A stretch of 64,000 nt of DNA, taken from Methylocella sp. Lineage in GTDB: Bacteria; Pseudomonadota; Alphaproteobacteria; Rhizobiales; Beijerinckiaceae. The notes below the pieces were generated by a model. It did no database searches. It was given only the letters and a program-made list of their open reading frames with translations, and was not told the origin of the DNA. The stretch is from the NCBI GenBank assembly GCA_050728655.1, contig JBOHJQ010000001.1, forward strand, positions 7,146-71,145. The letters are read 5' to 3'. The translations under genes and the position numbers were made by a program. Shown here piece by piece: positions 28,521 to 37,459 of the stretch; positions within the stretch are counted from its first letter, which is position 1, and every line of letters begins with the position of its first letter.

Positions 28521-28798
28521 TTCCCGTCGTCGCCTAAACCAGCGTTGTCCATCATCCGCCTGGGCCAGTTCGCTTGCGCGAGGCCAGCCTCCTTTAGACC
28601 GCACCATATCGCATCGGAACTCTTGCGCAAGCGCGCGCGCAAATAAGCGAGCTCCGCGGATATTTACCTCCCCTCGACACACGGAAGGACGGCGCCGCAG
28701 CTTGCCAATCATGGTCGGAAGTCAGCGCTGGGCGGGGCCCGCAGCGTGGTCGAGGCGCATCTCGCCGTCAACCGCGTCACGCCAATGGAGCGGCGCAT

Positions 28799-30115
28799 CT
28801 ACTTTATTCCAAGTCCTTGAAAGTCGCGCCAAATCCCGCGCGTGTCGAGAACAGACAGATGGCGCCGTTCGCCCAACGGAACGTTGCGAAATTCGTCGTG
28901 GTCAACAAGGACGATGGCAACCTCACAATTGGCGAGAGCATTGCCAAGGCCAACGAACTCCGCACCGGTTGCCGCGATCTCGTCCGGTAGTGCATCAATA
29001 TACGGCTCCACCACCTTAATGCGCGGTCCGTACCGCTCGCCCAAGCCCTTGGTAACCTCGACAGCAGGACTTTCTCGCAGGTCGTTCACATTTGGTTTGA
29101 ACGCAAGCCCGAGACAGGCAACATTCGCGTATGGATGTTCCTCGATCAGAGCGGACGCACCCGCGATCGTGTAGTGAATCATAGCGTCGTTCGTCCTGCG
29201 CGCCGTGGCGACAAGCTTCGCGAGGTCGGGGGCCGAATTGACGATGAACCACGGATCGACGGCAATGCAATGGCCGCCCACCCCCGGACCAGGCCGCAGG
29301 ATATTTACCCTTGGATGCCGATTCGCAAGATCGATAAGATCCCACACATTGACTCCGAGCCTGTCGCAGATCATCGACAACTCGTTTGCAAACGCGATGT
29401 TGGTGTCGCGGAATGCGTTTTCCGCCAGCTTGACAAGCTCGGCGGTCCGCGCCGTGCTGACGATGCATGCGCCGCGCACAAAAAGCTTGTAGAAGCGCTG
29501 TGCCCGACGCGCGCAAGCCGGCGAAATCCCGCCAATGCAACGATCGTTTTGGACTAGCTCCGAAAGAATCCGACCCGGTAGGACGCGTTCCGGGCAATAA
29601 GCAACGTTAACGGTCGCCGCCGACCCGGCTCGCGTTGGAAATGAGAGATCCGGACGCATGCTGGCAAGCGTCTCCGATATCTCTTCGGTCGTTCCGACCG
29701 GCGAGGTTGATTCGAGAAGAACCAGGTTGCCTGCTTGAAGAAACGGAGCAATGGCCCGTACCGCCGTGAAAACGGCGTCGAGGACCGGCGCTTTCTCGGC
29801 GTTGATCGGAGTGGGCACGGCGATTATGAAGGCGTCGCTTGGCGCCGGCTGCATCGAAACCGTCAGCGCACCGGTCGAGATTACTTTCTGAACAAGGCCA
29901 TCCAGGTCTGGTTCGTAGATGTGAACCGCGCCGGAAGATATCTTCCGAACAACGTCCTCATTTACGTCAATGCCGAGAACATGAATGCCGCGGCTGGCGA
30001 TGAGCGCGGCGGTGGGAAGGCCGATGTATCCAAGGCCAACTACCGCAGCGTCGTTAAACTCCGTCTTCGCACTGGAACTCGCCCGCGTGCGATGATATTC
30101 TACAATGTCATCCAT
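28799..30115 (-). CDS. wecC: UDP-N-acetyl-D-mannosamine (nucleotide-sugar) dehydrogenase
   Basis: AVVGLGYIGLPTAALIASRG (Rossmann fold), VYCPERVLPG, the catalytic Cys context GPGVGGHCIAVDP, and LGLAFKPNVNDLRESPA. Confidence 0.9.
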   Translation of the reverse strand: MDDIVEYHRTRASSSAKTEFNDAAVVGLGYIGLPTAALIASRGIHVLGIDVNEDVVRKISSGAVHIYEPDLDGLVQKVISTGALTVSMQPAPSDAFIIAVPTPINAEKAPVLDAVFTAVRAIAPFLQAGNLVLLESTSPVGTTEEISETLASMRPDLSFPTRAGSAATVNVAYCPERVLPGRILSELVQNDRCIGGISPACARRAQRFYKLFVRGACIVSTARTAELVKLAENAFRDTNIAFANELSMICDRLGVNVWDLIDLANRHPRVNILRPGPGVGGHCIAVDPWFIVNSAPDLAKLVATARRTNDAMIHYTIAGASALIEEHPYANVACLGLAFKPNVNDLRESPAVEVTKGLGERYGPRIKVVEPYIDALPDEIAATGAEFVGLGNALANCEVAIVLVDHDEFRNVPLGERRHLSVLDTRGIWRDFQGLGIK

Positions 30116-30270
30116 AGGTCACTCTTTAATTGGTCTTAAATGGCACGTCTAGTATATTTCGGCTCGACCGCCACGGCCGCCGCTTCTTTAGGACATCGGC
30201 GGTAGCACTGAGAAAATAGGGACGAAATCCCTCCCGCACATGCAGCGAGAGCACTTCGCTTGATCACGCT

Positions 30271-31500
30271 CTAAGCACCCGATTGCAACGCCTGCTCCTC
30301 GGCATGGGCCAAACTTGAAGCTGCCAGGTCGTGTAGGACGTGCATACTGGACCTGATTTGCTCAGTAGCGCTGTGATTGCGCAAGCCCTGCGACTTCGCA
30401 AGCGCCGCGACAATGCGGCAAGCGGCTTTGCCGTCTCCGTAAACTGACTGATTAGTTTCCGGCGTGGTTTCGTCGCTGACCTCCATGACCTCCTTGAATT
30501 TCGAACAGATGAGATTGGGGTCCGTTCCCACAAGGTGGGCAAGCCCGGCTTCGACACCCTCCGGCCGCTCCGTCAACTCCCGCAGAACAAGCACGCGCTT
30601 GCCGAGCGAAACAGCCTCTTCTTGCACACCTCCCGAGTCGGTTATCACGACCGCGGCCCGCGAAAGAAGATGTACGAAGGTCATGTAGTCAACGGGCGGA
30701 ATGAGATGCACGCGCCGCGCTCGTCCAAGAATGCTGTTAACCGGTTTCGACACGTTGGGATTGAGGTGAACGGGGTAAACTAGCTCCACGTCGCCCCGCG
30801 CCGCGATGCGACGAAGCGCTTGACAAATTCGCTCGAAACCGGGACCGAAACTTTCCCGACGATGACCCGTCACGAGTACGAGCTTTCGACCCGAGGGGAG
30901 AACGGGGAATCGTTCAGCAAGCCGCAGTTGAAGCTCGGAGTCGGCGTCGATTTTGGCAATCATGAACCGCAGCGAATCGACGATGGTATTCCCGGTCACA
31001 TGAATCTCATCGGACACAACACCTTCAGCGAGAAGATTCTGCTTTGCTCGCGCGGTCGGGGCGAAAAGATAAGTCGATACAATGTCGACAATCCTGCGAT
31101 TCATTTCCTCCGGAAAGGGACGCTTCAAGTCGTGTGTGCGCAGGCCGGCTTCGACGTGCCCGACTGGAATGTTGCGGTGAAAACAAGCGACACTGGTCAC
31201 GAATGCCGTCGTGGTATCCCCGTGGACTAGGACGACGTCAGGTTTCGCAGACGTAATAATTTCGTCGATGTTCTGAAAGATCCGCGACGAAAGCCCGTTC
31301 AGCGTCTGTGACGGCTGCATCAGATCAAGATCAAAATCGCCTTTGATGGCAAAAATCTGAAGCACCTGGTCCAACATTTCTCGGTGTTGCGCTGTCAGAC
31401 AGAGCACGGACTTCATGTTTGAATGGGCCTGCAACGCCTTGATCACAGGCGCCATCTTGATGGCCTCCGGTCGAGTTCCAACAACGCTCATGACTCGCAT
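30271..31500 (-). CDS. wecB: UDP-N-acetylglucosamine 2-epimerase (non-hydrolysing)
   Basis: MRVMSVVGTRPEAIKMAPVI, VLVHGDTTT, HVEAGLRT, PFPEE, VTGNTIVD and TDSGGVQEEA. A C-terminal extension of ~35 aa is present. Confidence 0.92.
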   Translation of the reverse strand: MRVMSVVGTRPEAIKMAPVIKALQAHSNMKSVLCLTAQHREMLDQVLQIFAIKGDFDLDLMQPSQTLNGLSSRIFQNIDEIITSAKPDVVLVHGDTTTAFVTSVACFHRNIPVGHVEAGLRTHDLKRPFPEEMNRRIVDIVSTYLFAPTARAKQNLLAEGVVSDEIHVTGNTIVDSLRFMIAKIDADSELQLRLAERFPVLPSGRKLVLVTGHRRESFGPGFERICQALRRIAARGDVELVYPVHLNPNVSKPVNSILGRARRVHLIPPVDYMTFVHLLSRAAVVITDSGGVQEEAVSLGKRVLVLRELTERPEGVEAGLAHLVGTDPNLICSKFKEVMEVSDETTPETNQSVYGDGKAACRIVAALAKSQGLRNHSATEQIRSSMHVLHDLAASSLAHAEEQALQSGA

Positions 31501-31739
31501 GCGACTATCCTAAAATGATGAATAACATTCGCGCGAACTTGTGATGATCGCGTTCGAGGTTCGGATCGAAATCCACTTGCTTTTTGCCAATTGGCATCAC
31601 AACATTCGTAGATCCCTCTGAAATGACGCAGCGAGGGATCGTCATGGTGTTGGAGCCGAACGCGGATTGCGCAAGGCTGCTTCTTCAAATACGTGGTGGG
31701 ATCGTTAAGTAGGAGCATGTAATGTCCTCGGAATAATCT

Positions 31740-32501
31740 TCAGGTCGAACTAAATAGACCATTTTTAGATATACTTATTTTTCGATATACTTGATGCCGC
31801 GCCCGACCCGCCGCTTCAACCGAAGCAAGTTCGCCGCGCAATCCGTTGATCTGAGCCGATCCGGTGATACCCGGCTTATCCCGGTGGCGGGCGGCGTAAT
31901 CGTCGAAAAGCTCCGCGAGAAGTCGCCCTTCCCCCCGTATGTCCAGAGCGCGCGCTCGCGGACCGGCGACGGGCACCCTGCACTGGATGCTTTTTTTCAA
32001 CCGCGGCAAGTCGTCGATGCGCGAACGCCGAACGGCGCGGCGTATTACCCGCGGATTGTCCTTGCTTGTCTGCCGCGCAGCATCCGGACCGGGACGCTCG
32101 TCGCAATTCGAGCGGAATTTCCAAATCGCGGAGATCGATCCGTTACGGCCGATCCTTTTCCGGCGAAAGATAATCGGACCAGGCCATTCGAGCTTAATCG
32201 CCTGCGCCGCACGCAACATGAGCGGGGCCGAAAGGGCCATTGCGATCGCGGCGACAACAATGTCCAGAACTTTTTTGAGCGAGATACGACGACCGCCGCA
32301 CGCCGAAGCGGGTGCCCGATCTATCCCGACGAATGACGCTGTTCGAACATTATTCTGGTAGGAAAACGGCAATGCTCGCATGAAGAAATACTCTAGCGCT
32401 CGAAATGATTGGGTACGAATGTCAAGGCGTAGAAGCGAGGAAAGCAAACAGCGAAAAACCATTATCGATTTTGATCTAGACGATAATTTAGAAATACGCA
32501 A
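31740..32501 (-). CDS. Bacterial sugar transferase (polyprenyl-phosphate hexose/HexNAc-1-phosphate transferase), divergent and possibly decaying
   Basis: KKVLDIVVAAIAMALSAPLML...GPIIFRRKRIGRNG...KFRS...DNPRVIRRAVRRSRIDDLPRL...AGPRA...RHRDKPGITGSAQINGLRG follows the family pattern, but several near-invariant positions deviate (see findings). An alternative start is M41 at 32381. Confidence 0.65.
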   Translation of the reverse strand: MRISKLSSRSKSIMVFRCLLSSLLRLDIRTQSFRALEYFFMRALPFSYQNNVRTASFVGIDRAPASACGGRRISLKKVLDIVVAAIAMALSAPLMLRAAQAIKLEWPGPIIFRRKRIGRNGSISAIWKFRSNCDERPGPDAARQTSKDNPRVIRRAVRRSRIDDLPRLKKSIQCRVPVAGPRARALDIRGEGRLLAELFDDYAARHRDKPGITGSAQINGLRGELASVEAAGRARHQVYRKISISKNGLFSST

Positions 32502-32977
32502 TGGGGGTGCAGCAAGAAGAATAAAGTATTAATTTCATCAGTCTTCACCCAAGACGCGTACTGCTCCGAACGCGCGTCGCACCTGCGGAGTGGCGCACCG
32601 CCGACAGTGCGGCCTTGCGCCAATTCCAGTTGGTTAAGTATGGCGCGACGTCGCCTAGCCTTCGATTGCTTGAGCCAATAGCTTCTTGCCGTTCAGCTCC
32701 ACGATTTGCAAGTGGTGCGTCAGCCCGGCGCTTACAGCAAATATGAACAAGCAAACCTTCATAGGCACTTCCTCCGATCTCGCTCGTACCGCATTATGAG
32801 GAAAGGCACCATGCCTCATATGCGTCAGCGTCGCATCGACGCAATATTCCTTCCCGACGCTCAAGACGCCACGTTCAACCGAAGGCCGACGCCGGATTTG
32901 CAGGTATCGAAACGTCAAATGCCATTGACTGGCAAGAACACTTCGAAACTGGGCGTCAATGGCACGCTGAATAGCTG

Positions 32978-33009
32978 TTAGAAAATTACTGCCGGGATGG
33001 TTCCGGCAG
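32978..33009 (-). terminator. Rho-independent terminator candidate downstream of the Gly-rich protein gene
   Basis: On the minus strand the sequence reads CTGCCGG-aaccatc-CCGGCAG (a 7-bp perfect stem at 32989-33009) followed by TAATTTTCT. It lies ~37 nt after the stop at 33046. Confidence 0.45.
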
Positions 33010-33045
33010 CATCTTTACCGAAGGCTTTCCTTCAAGCCAAAATAA

Positions 33046-33774
33046 TCAGTGTGTCACGAAACCCCGCGCACGTCCGCCCGGCACCCTGCACGAACAGGTG
33101 CCGCCGACATAGGACGGGTGCTGGAGCTCGCAAGTTTTTACGGAAATGGTGCAGTAGCTGCCCAGCTGCCCCGTCGCCACGCTCCGGCCGGTCACGAGAG
33201 GCGCCGCCGAGTAATAGTTGCTGGAGCCGGTCGCGGGATAGCCGTAGTCGTAGGAGTAATCCGGGTAGCCGTATCCGTAGGCGTAATCCGGATAGCCATA
33301 GCCGCAATAGTCGCTGCCCCAATAGCCGCAGTCCGCATAGGGATAGTCCCAGTCCCAGCCGCCCCCGAAGAACGGAAAGAAGGCAAAGCGGTTACGGAAA
33401 TGGTGGAAATGGTGGAAATGATCGAAGCGGGCGAAGCGGTGGTCGAAGCCGTGGTTAAAGCCAGAGCCGCGATTGAAGCCCCCAATAGCCATGCTCCGGC
33501 CCGCAAACATGGGGCCATGGATTCCACGAAAACCGCCGCCACCGAAGCCGCCAAAACCGCCGCCGCCGAAATGACTGCCGCCAAAACCACCCATGTGGCC
33601 GCCGCCAAATCCACCACCGCCGTGGAAACCGCCACCGCCAAATCCACCACCGCCGTGGAAACCGCCGCCGCCAAAGCCGCCGCCGCCGTGGCTCCCGAAC
33701 GCCAGCGCCGGACCGCTCGAGGCCAGCGCCGCGCCGAGCGCGGCCGAGGCCACCAACACACCGAAGCGTTTCAT
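33046..33774 (-). CDS. Secreted Gly/Phe/His/Tyr-rich low-complexity protein with a Cys-containing C-terminus
   Basis: The start at 33774 (MKRFGVLVASAALGAALASSGPALA, signal-peptide-like) is preceded by GGGAGGAG. The body contains GGGGFHGGGGF repeats, FDHFHHFHHF, GYGYPDYAYGYGYPDYSYDYGYP and CTISVKTCELQHPSYVGGTCSC. The track ORF extends upstream to 33882. Confidence 0.78.
   Translation of the reverse strand: MKRFGVLVASAALGAALASSGPALAFGSHGGGGFGGGGFHGGGGFGGGGFHGGGGFGGGHMGGFGGSHFGGGGFGGFGGGGFRGIHGPMFAGRSMAIGGFNRGSGFNHGFDHRFARFDHFHHFHHFRNRFAFFPFFGGGWDWDYPYADCGYWGSDYCGYGYPDYAYGYGYPDYSYDYGYPATGSSNYYSAAPLVTGRSVATGQLGSYCTISVKTCELQHPSYVGGTCSCRVPGGRARGFVTH
33604..33669 (-). repeat. 33-bp tandem duplication inside the Gly-rich gene
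   Basis: The string gccaaatccaccaccgccgtggaaaccgcc occurs at 33604-33633 and again at 33637-33666 (30/30 identical, period 33 bp). It encodes GGGGFHGGGGF twice. Confidence 0.85.
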
Positions 33775-34105
33775 ATCATTCTCCTCCCACAAACTCATTT
33801 TCGCCGGCGGCGCCTGAATGGCGAATGAACGATCTCGCGTCAGCGCAGCCTTTAGATCCAACGACATTCGAGGGTAAAACACGGGATTGCCGGAAATCGT
33901 TCCATAAATTTTGATATACGCGACGGGCTTGCCTTCCGGCGCGCTTTTCGCGTTATGCGGCCACGCTTGCGAACCCTGGTGCGAGACCTCCCGCTTTGGC
34001 TTTCGGGTACCCCGGCAGAATGCTAGAGTTCAAAGCAATCCCTGGTTCAACTGGAGAATATCGGCTTGATCTCGGCGGTTCGGCGACAAGAGTTTGGAGG
34101 CGACA

Positions 34106-34741
34106 ATGGTGGACATTGAATGGCATCTCAAAGGCCGGAATTTTTCCCACTGCAATTGCGCATACGGTTGCCCTTGCCAGTTCAACGCCCTGCCGACCCA
34201 CGGCAACTGCACGGCGGTTGTCGGGATAATGGTTGATGAGGGCCGCCACGGCGGCACGAGGCTCGACGGGCTAAAATTCGCCGGCGTGTTTGCCTGGCCT
34301 GGCCCGATCCATGAGGGCCATGGCGAAGCAGTCCCCATCGTCGACGAACGCGCGAGCCCCGCGCAGCGCGAGGCCATTTTGCGCATCATGAGCGGCCAGG
34401 ACACGGAACCCGGCGCGACATTCTTTCAGGTCTACGCATCGATGCTTGAGAAGGTCCACGATCCGGTCGTCGCCAAGATCGACCTCGACATCGATGTGAA
34501 CGCGCGCACGGCGCGTCTTATCGTTCCAGATGTCGTGGAAGCGCGCGGCGAGCCGATCGTAAATCCGGTCACAAAGCAGCAGCACCGCGCGCGCTTCAAC
34601 ATGCCGAATGGCTTCGAGTTTACCTTGGCCGAGGTCGGGCGCGGCTGGGCGAAGACGATGGGTGGCATCAAGCTCAATCTTGCCGACTCGCACGCTCATT
34701 TCGCCGAGCTGAATATCACCGGGACGGGTGTCATCCGCTAA
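34106..34741 (+). CDS. DUF1326 domain protein
   Basis: MVDIEWHLKGRNFSHCNCAYGCPCQFNALPTHGNC is the characteristic Cys-rich DUF1326 N-terminus. GGAGG sits 6 nt upstream of ATG 34106. The track start is TTG 34094. Confidence 0.8.
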   Translation: MVDIEWHLKGRNFSHCNCAYGCPCQFNALPTHGNCTAVVGIMVDEGRHGGTRLDGLKFAGVFAWPGPIHEGHGEAVPIVDERASPAQREAILRIMSGQDTEPGATFFQVYASMLEKVHDPVVAKIDLDIDVNARTARLIVPDVVEARGEPIVNPVTKQQHRARFNMPNGFEFTLAEVGRGWAKTMGGIKLNLADSHAHFAELNITGTGVIR

Positions 34742-34747
34742 CGACCC

Positions 34748-35566
34748 ATGACCGAGGCGCTTCTTGAGGTTTTACTCCGGCGCGACCGCATCATTGTCGC
34801 GGTTGGCCTCGCCGCGCTGGCCGCGCTCGCATGGACTTATGTGCTGTGGCTTGCCGCGGACATGGACATGGGCGCAATGGACATGACCGGTTCCCGAATG
34901 ATTCCCGCCGGTCTTGGGATCATGACGCCTGCGCACGCGCCTTGGAAAGCAATCGAATTCGCATACGTCTTCGCCATGTGGGCGGTGATGATGGTCGCCA
35001 TGATGACCCCATCCGCCGCGCCGATGATTTTGATCTACGCGCGCGTCGGCCGCCAAGCGTCGACGCAAAATAAGCCGTTTGCGGCGACCGGCTGGTTCGC
35101 AACCGGGTATTTTCTGACCTGGCTCGGCTTCTCGCTCGTCGCCACCATGGCGCAGTGGGCGCTTGAGCGCACGGCCTTGCTCGACCCCATGATGGCAGGC
35201 ACGAGCCACGTGTTCGGAGGAATCGTTCTGATCGCGGCAGGTGTCTATCAGTGGACGCCGCTCAAGGATACATGTCTGACGCAATGCCAGTCGCCACTCC
35301 TGTTCATTCATCTGCACGGCGGGTTCCATCGCACTCGGTGGGCCTCCTTGCCGCTCGGCCTGCGCCATGGCGCGCATTGCGTCGGCTGCTGTTGGGCGTT
35401 GATGGCGCTGTTGTTTGTCGGCGGCGTGATGAATTTGCTGTGGATCGCCACGATCTCTGCCTTCGTGCTCATTGAAAAGATTGTGCCGGTCGGCCGCCTG
35501 ATCTCCCGCATCGCGGGAGTAGGTTTTGTCGCGGCTGGCGCCTGGCTTATTGCTGGATCAACCTGA
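34748..35566 (+). CDS. DUF2182 predicted metal-binding integral membrane protein
   Basis: MWAVMMVAMMTPSAAPM, YQWTPLKDTCLTQCQSPL, GAHCVGCCWALMALLFVGGVMNLLWI and multiple TM helices. It starts 6 nt after the DUF1326 stop. Confidence 0.85.
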   Translation: MTEALLEVLLRRDRIIVAVGLAALAALAWTYVLWLAADMDMGAMDMTGSRMIPAGLGIMTPAHAPWKAIEFAYVFAMWAVMMVAMMTPSAAPMILIYARVGRQASTQNKPFAATGWFATGYFLTWLGFSLVATMAQWALERTALLDPMMAGTSHVFGGIVLIAAGVYQWTPLKDTCLTQCQSPLLFIHLHGGFHRTRWASLPLGLRHGAHCVGCCWALMALLFVGGVMNLLWIATISAFVLIEKIVPVGRLISRIAGVGFVAAGAWLIAGST

Positions 35567-35927
35567 ATTGGATTCCGACGCGCGACGAGCTCGGAGCGAC
35601 TCGCTATCCGACGCGTGTCCGGGTTCGACTCCCGCCGTCCGGACGCCAGCCATGAGCGGGGCTCGGGCTTTTGAAAAGAGGCGCCTGCCGGACATATCCC
35701 GCACGCGTGTCGCGATCATGACTCGATAGGCCGCAAAGAGTGCTGACCAAAAACTCTTTTGCCGTCAACTGACTATGGATCGGGTCCTCCTCCCTCTCGA
35801 CACAAGCCGTAGTTGCGCGTTATAGGCTCGATGTGCGTTAAACAAAGCGCCGCAGCTGCCAAGGGCTTTGGCGCCACGGAATTATGACGACAGTCTTTCG
35901 TTCCTGGTCAAGGATCGGACAATCAAC

Positions 35928-36485
35928 ATGACACCAAAGCTCCGCAATATGTTATTTGGCACCGTAATCGCCTTGCTGGTCGCCGCCAGCCCCGCCGCGC
36001 TCCTATACTACTTCCTTCCACGTCATGAAGTATTGCGTATTATTGGAACAGATACCCGGCGTCCGATCGGCAGCGGCAAATCCGATGTATCTACGCACAT
36101 GGAGTTTTTTATCAATGCTGAGGACGTCGAAACACAAAAACCCCGTGTGTTTCATAACGAAGACACTCGCTGGGGTTTCCCTTGGTATTTTAAATTCAAT
36201 TCGGCCGAGCTCCAGGCGGTCGCGCAATCCATTGCGAACGAGCGTGGCACCGCGCTCATTACCTATTACGGTTTGCGTATCAAAATTCTCTCAATCTTGC
36301 CGAATATAACGAACATCAAACGTGCTGCGCCTGACGAGGCGCCGCCGATTCCATGGTTCAACCTCGTTTTCGCCGCGGTGGTCGTTGGCGCAAGCGTTTG
36401 GTTCGCCTTGTGGATTCGCCGTCTGAACCGGCGTCGCGTCGCGCGCGGTTTTGCCCGCGGTGAGAAAGACCATGACGCCGTCTAA
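35928..36485 (+). CDS. Membrane-anchored hypothetical protein (DUF1523-like by recollection)
   Basis: It has N- and C-terminal TM helices (LFGTVIALLVAASPAALLYYF and FNLVFAAVVVGASVWFALWI). The central segment is HNEDTRWGFPWYFKFNSAELQA. The start is chosen at MTPKLRNM. Confidence 0.55.
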   Translation: MTPKLRNMLFGTVIALLVAASPAALLYYFLPRHEVLRIIGTDTRRPIGSGKSDVSTHMEFFINAEDVETQKPRVFHNEDTRWGFPWYFKFNSAELQAVAQSIANERGTALITYYGLRIKILSILPNITNIKRAAPDEAPPIPWFNLVFAAVVVGASVWFALWIRRLNRRRVARGFARGEKDHDAV

Positions 36486-36707
36486 GTGTTGATGCCATGC
36501 CCGAGAACACATCACAGAGGCGTGATGGCCGAAAATATTCGGACCATCCTTCGCGAAGTTCGCGGCGGTCCGGGACGCCGCTTCCGGGTTTCGCGAGCAA
36601 GGGGGGACGTAATTCGGCAAGCGCCATACCGCCATAAATGAAATTGTGCGCGGAACAGGAACCAACGAGCACCTCAACGGTTACAGCGCCTGAATAAGGA
36701 GCAATTC

Positions 36708-36965
36708 ATGAAAAAGGCGATTTTGATACAGGGTCTCTTCTGTATTGCTGCCATGACATTCGCCATCCCAGCTGATGCGAAGCCAGGCGGCTGCCTTAAA
36801 GGTGCGATTGTCGGTGGGATCGCCGGTCACTTCATGGGTCATGGCGGAATTGGCGCGGCCGCTGGATGCACGTATGGCCACCACGAGCGCAAGGAATATA
36901 GCCGCGAAAATCAGAATGAGGGCCGCTCTGGTTACGAACAGCGCGACGGAGCGCAGCGGCAATAG
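36708..36965 (+). CDS. Small secreted glycine-zipper protein
   Basis: AAGGAG sits 7 nt upstream of the ATG. The signal-like N-terminus is MKKAILIQGLFCIAAMTFAIPADA, followed by GAIVGGIAGHFMGHGGIGAAAG (glycine zipper) and a charged tail. Confidence 0.6.
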   Translation: MKKAILIQGLFCIAAMTFAIPADAKPGGCLKGAIVGGIAGHFMGHGGIGAAAGCTYGHHERKEYSRENQNEGRSGYEQRDGAQRQ

Positions 36966-37459
36966 CGGAGATGAGACGAGCGGACGTTCGATTTGTCGGC
37001 AACCGCATCTCGTGCCGGATCGACGGTCTGGGATTGCGGTTTGTTGCCCCCAGCACGGAAAAATCGCCCTGAACGGGCAAAATTGAGGAACGCGATCGCC
37101 GCGAAACTGCGGCCGATCGCGGCCCAGTGCTGACGATAACGGAAGGCCGACAACGAGCAACGCCGCAGGTCATACGATATGTGCCGGGTTGGGGCTCGCT
37201 TTCGTTTTCTGTACCCTCGTTCCGAATATCTCCTCCCGCGGTGACATTGGCCCCGTCATCCGCCGCCAGGGCGCAAGGTATGCCTTCGGTGTGAGTCTCG
37301 CGGATGGCGCGCCCGTCCGAGAGACAAACTCATGAGCGATTTTCTCGGAAGTCCGCACGCCAATGGAGCGGCGGCGGGCTAGAGGGCCCGCCTCGCTGGG
37401 ATCAATGGGATCGCCAGAGGCCGGAAGGGTGGAGCTGTCACGGGTCACTTATCACTCTT

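Noticed and set aside
33049-33828. Alternative-frame ORFs across the Gly-rich gene: 33049-33828 on the plus strand, and 33192-33761 and 33593-33817.
   Set aside because: They are generated by the GGC/GCC-rich repeats. Only the minus-strand frame starting at 33774 has a strong SD and a signal peptide.
35617-35648. tRNA/tmRNA T-arm-like string GTCCGGGTTCGACTCCCGCCGTCCGGACGCCA downstream of the DUF2182 gene.
   Set aside because: GGGTTCGACTCCCGCC resembles a T-loop and the 3' end of tmRNA. However, I could not fold a cloverleaf: the T-stem has a mismatch, there is no matching 5' acceptor strand within ~75 nt upstream, and there is no N-CCA end in register. It also folds simply as a gtccgg/ccggac hairpin. 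It could be an old att-site relic, but no integrase is nearby.
36681-37448. Minus-strand ORFs 36681-37160 (159 aa), 36832-37173 and 37170-37448.
   Set aside because: There are no SDs or motifs, and the first is antisense to the better-supported small secreted protein gene. The region 36970-37460 is left unannotated.
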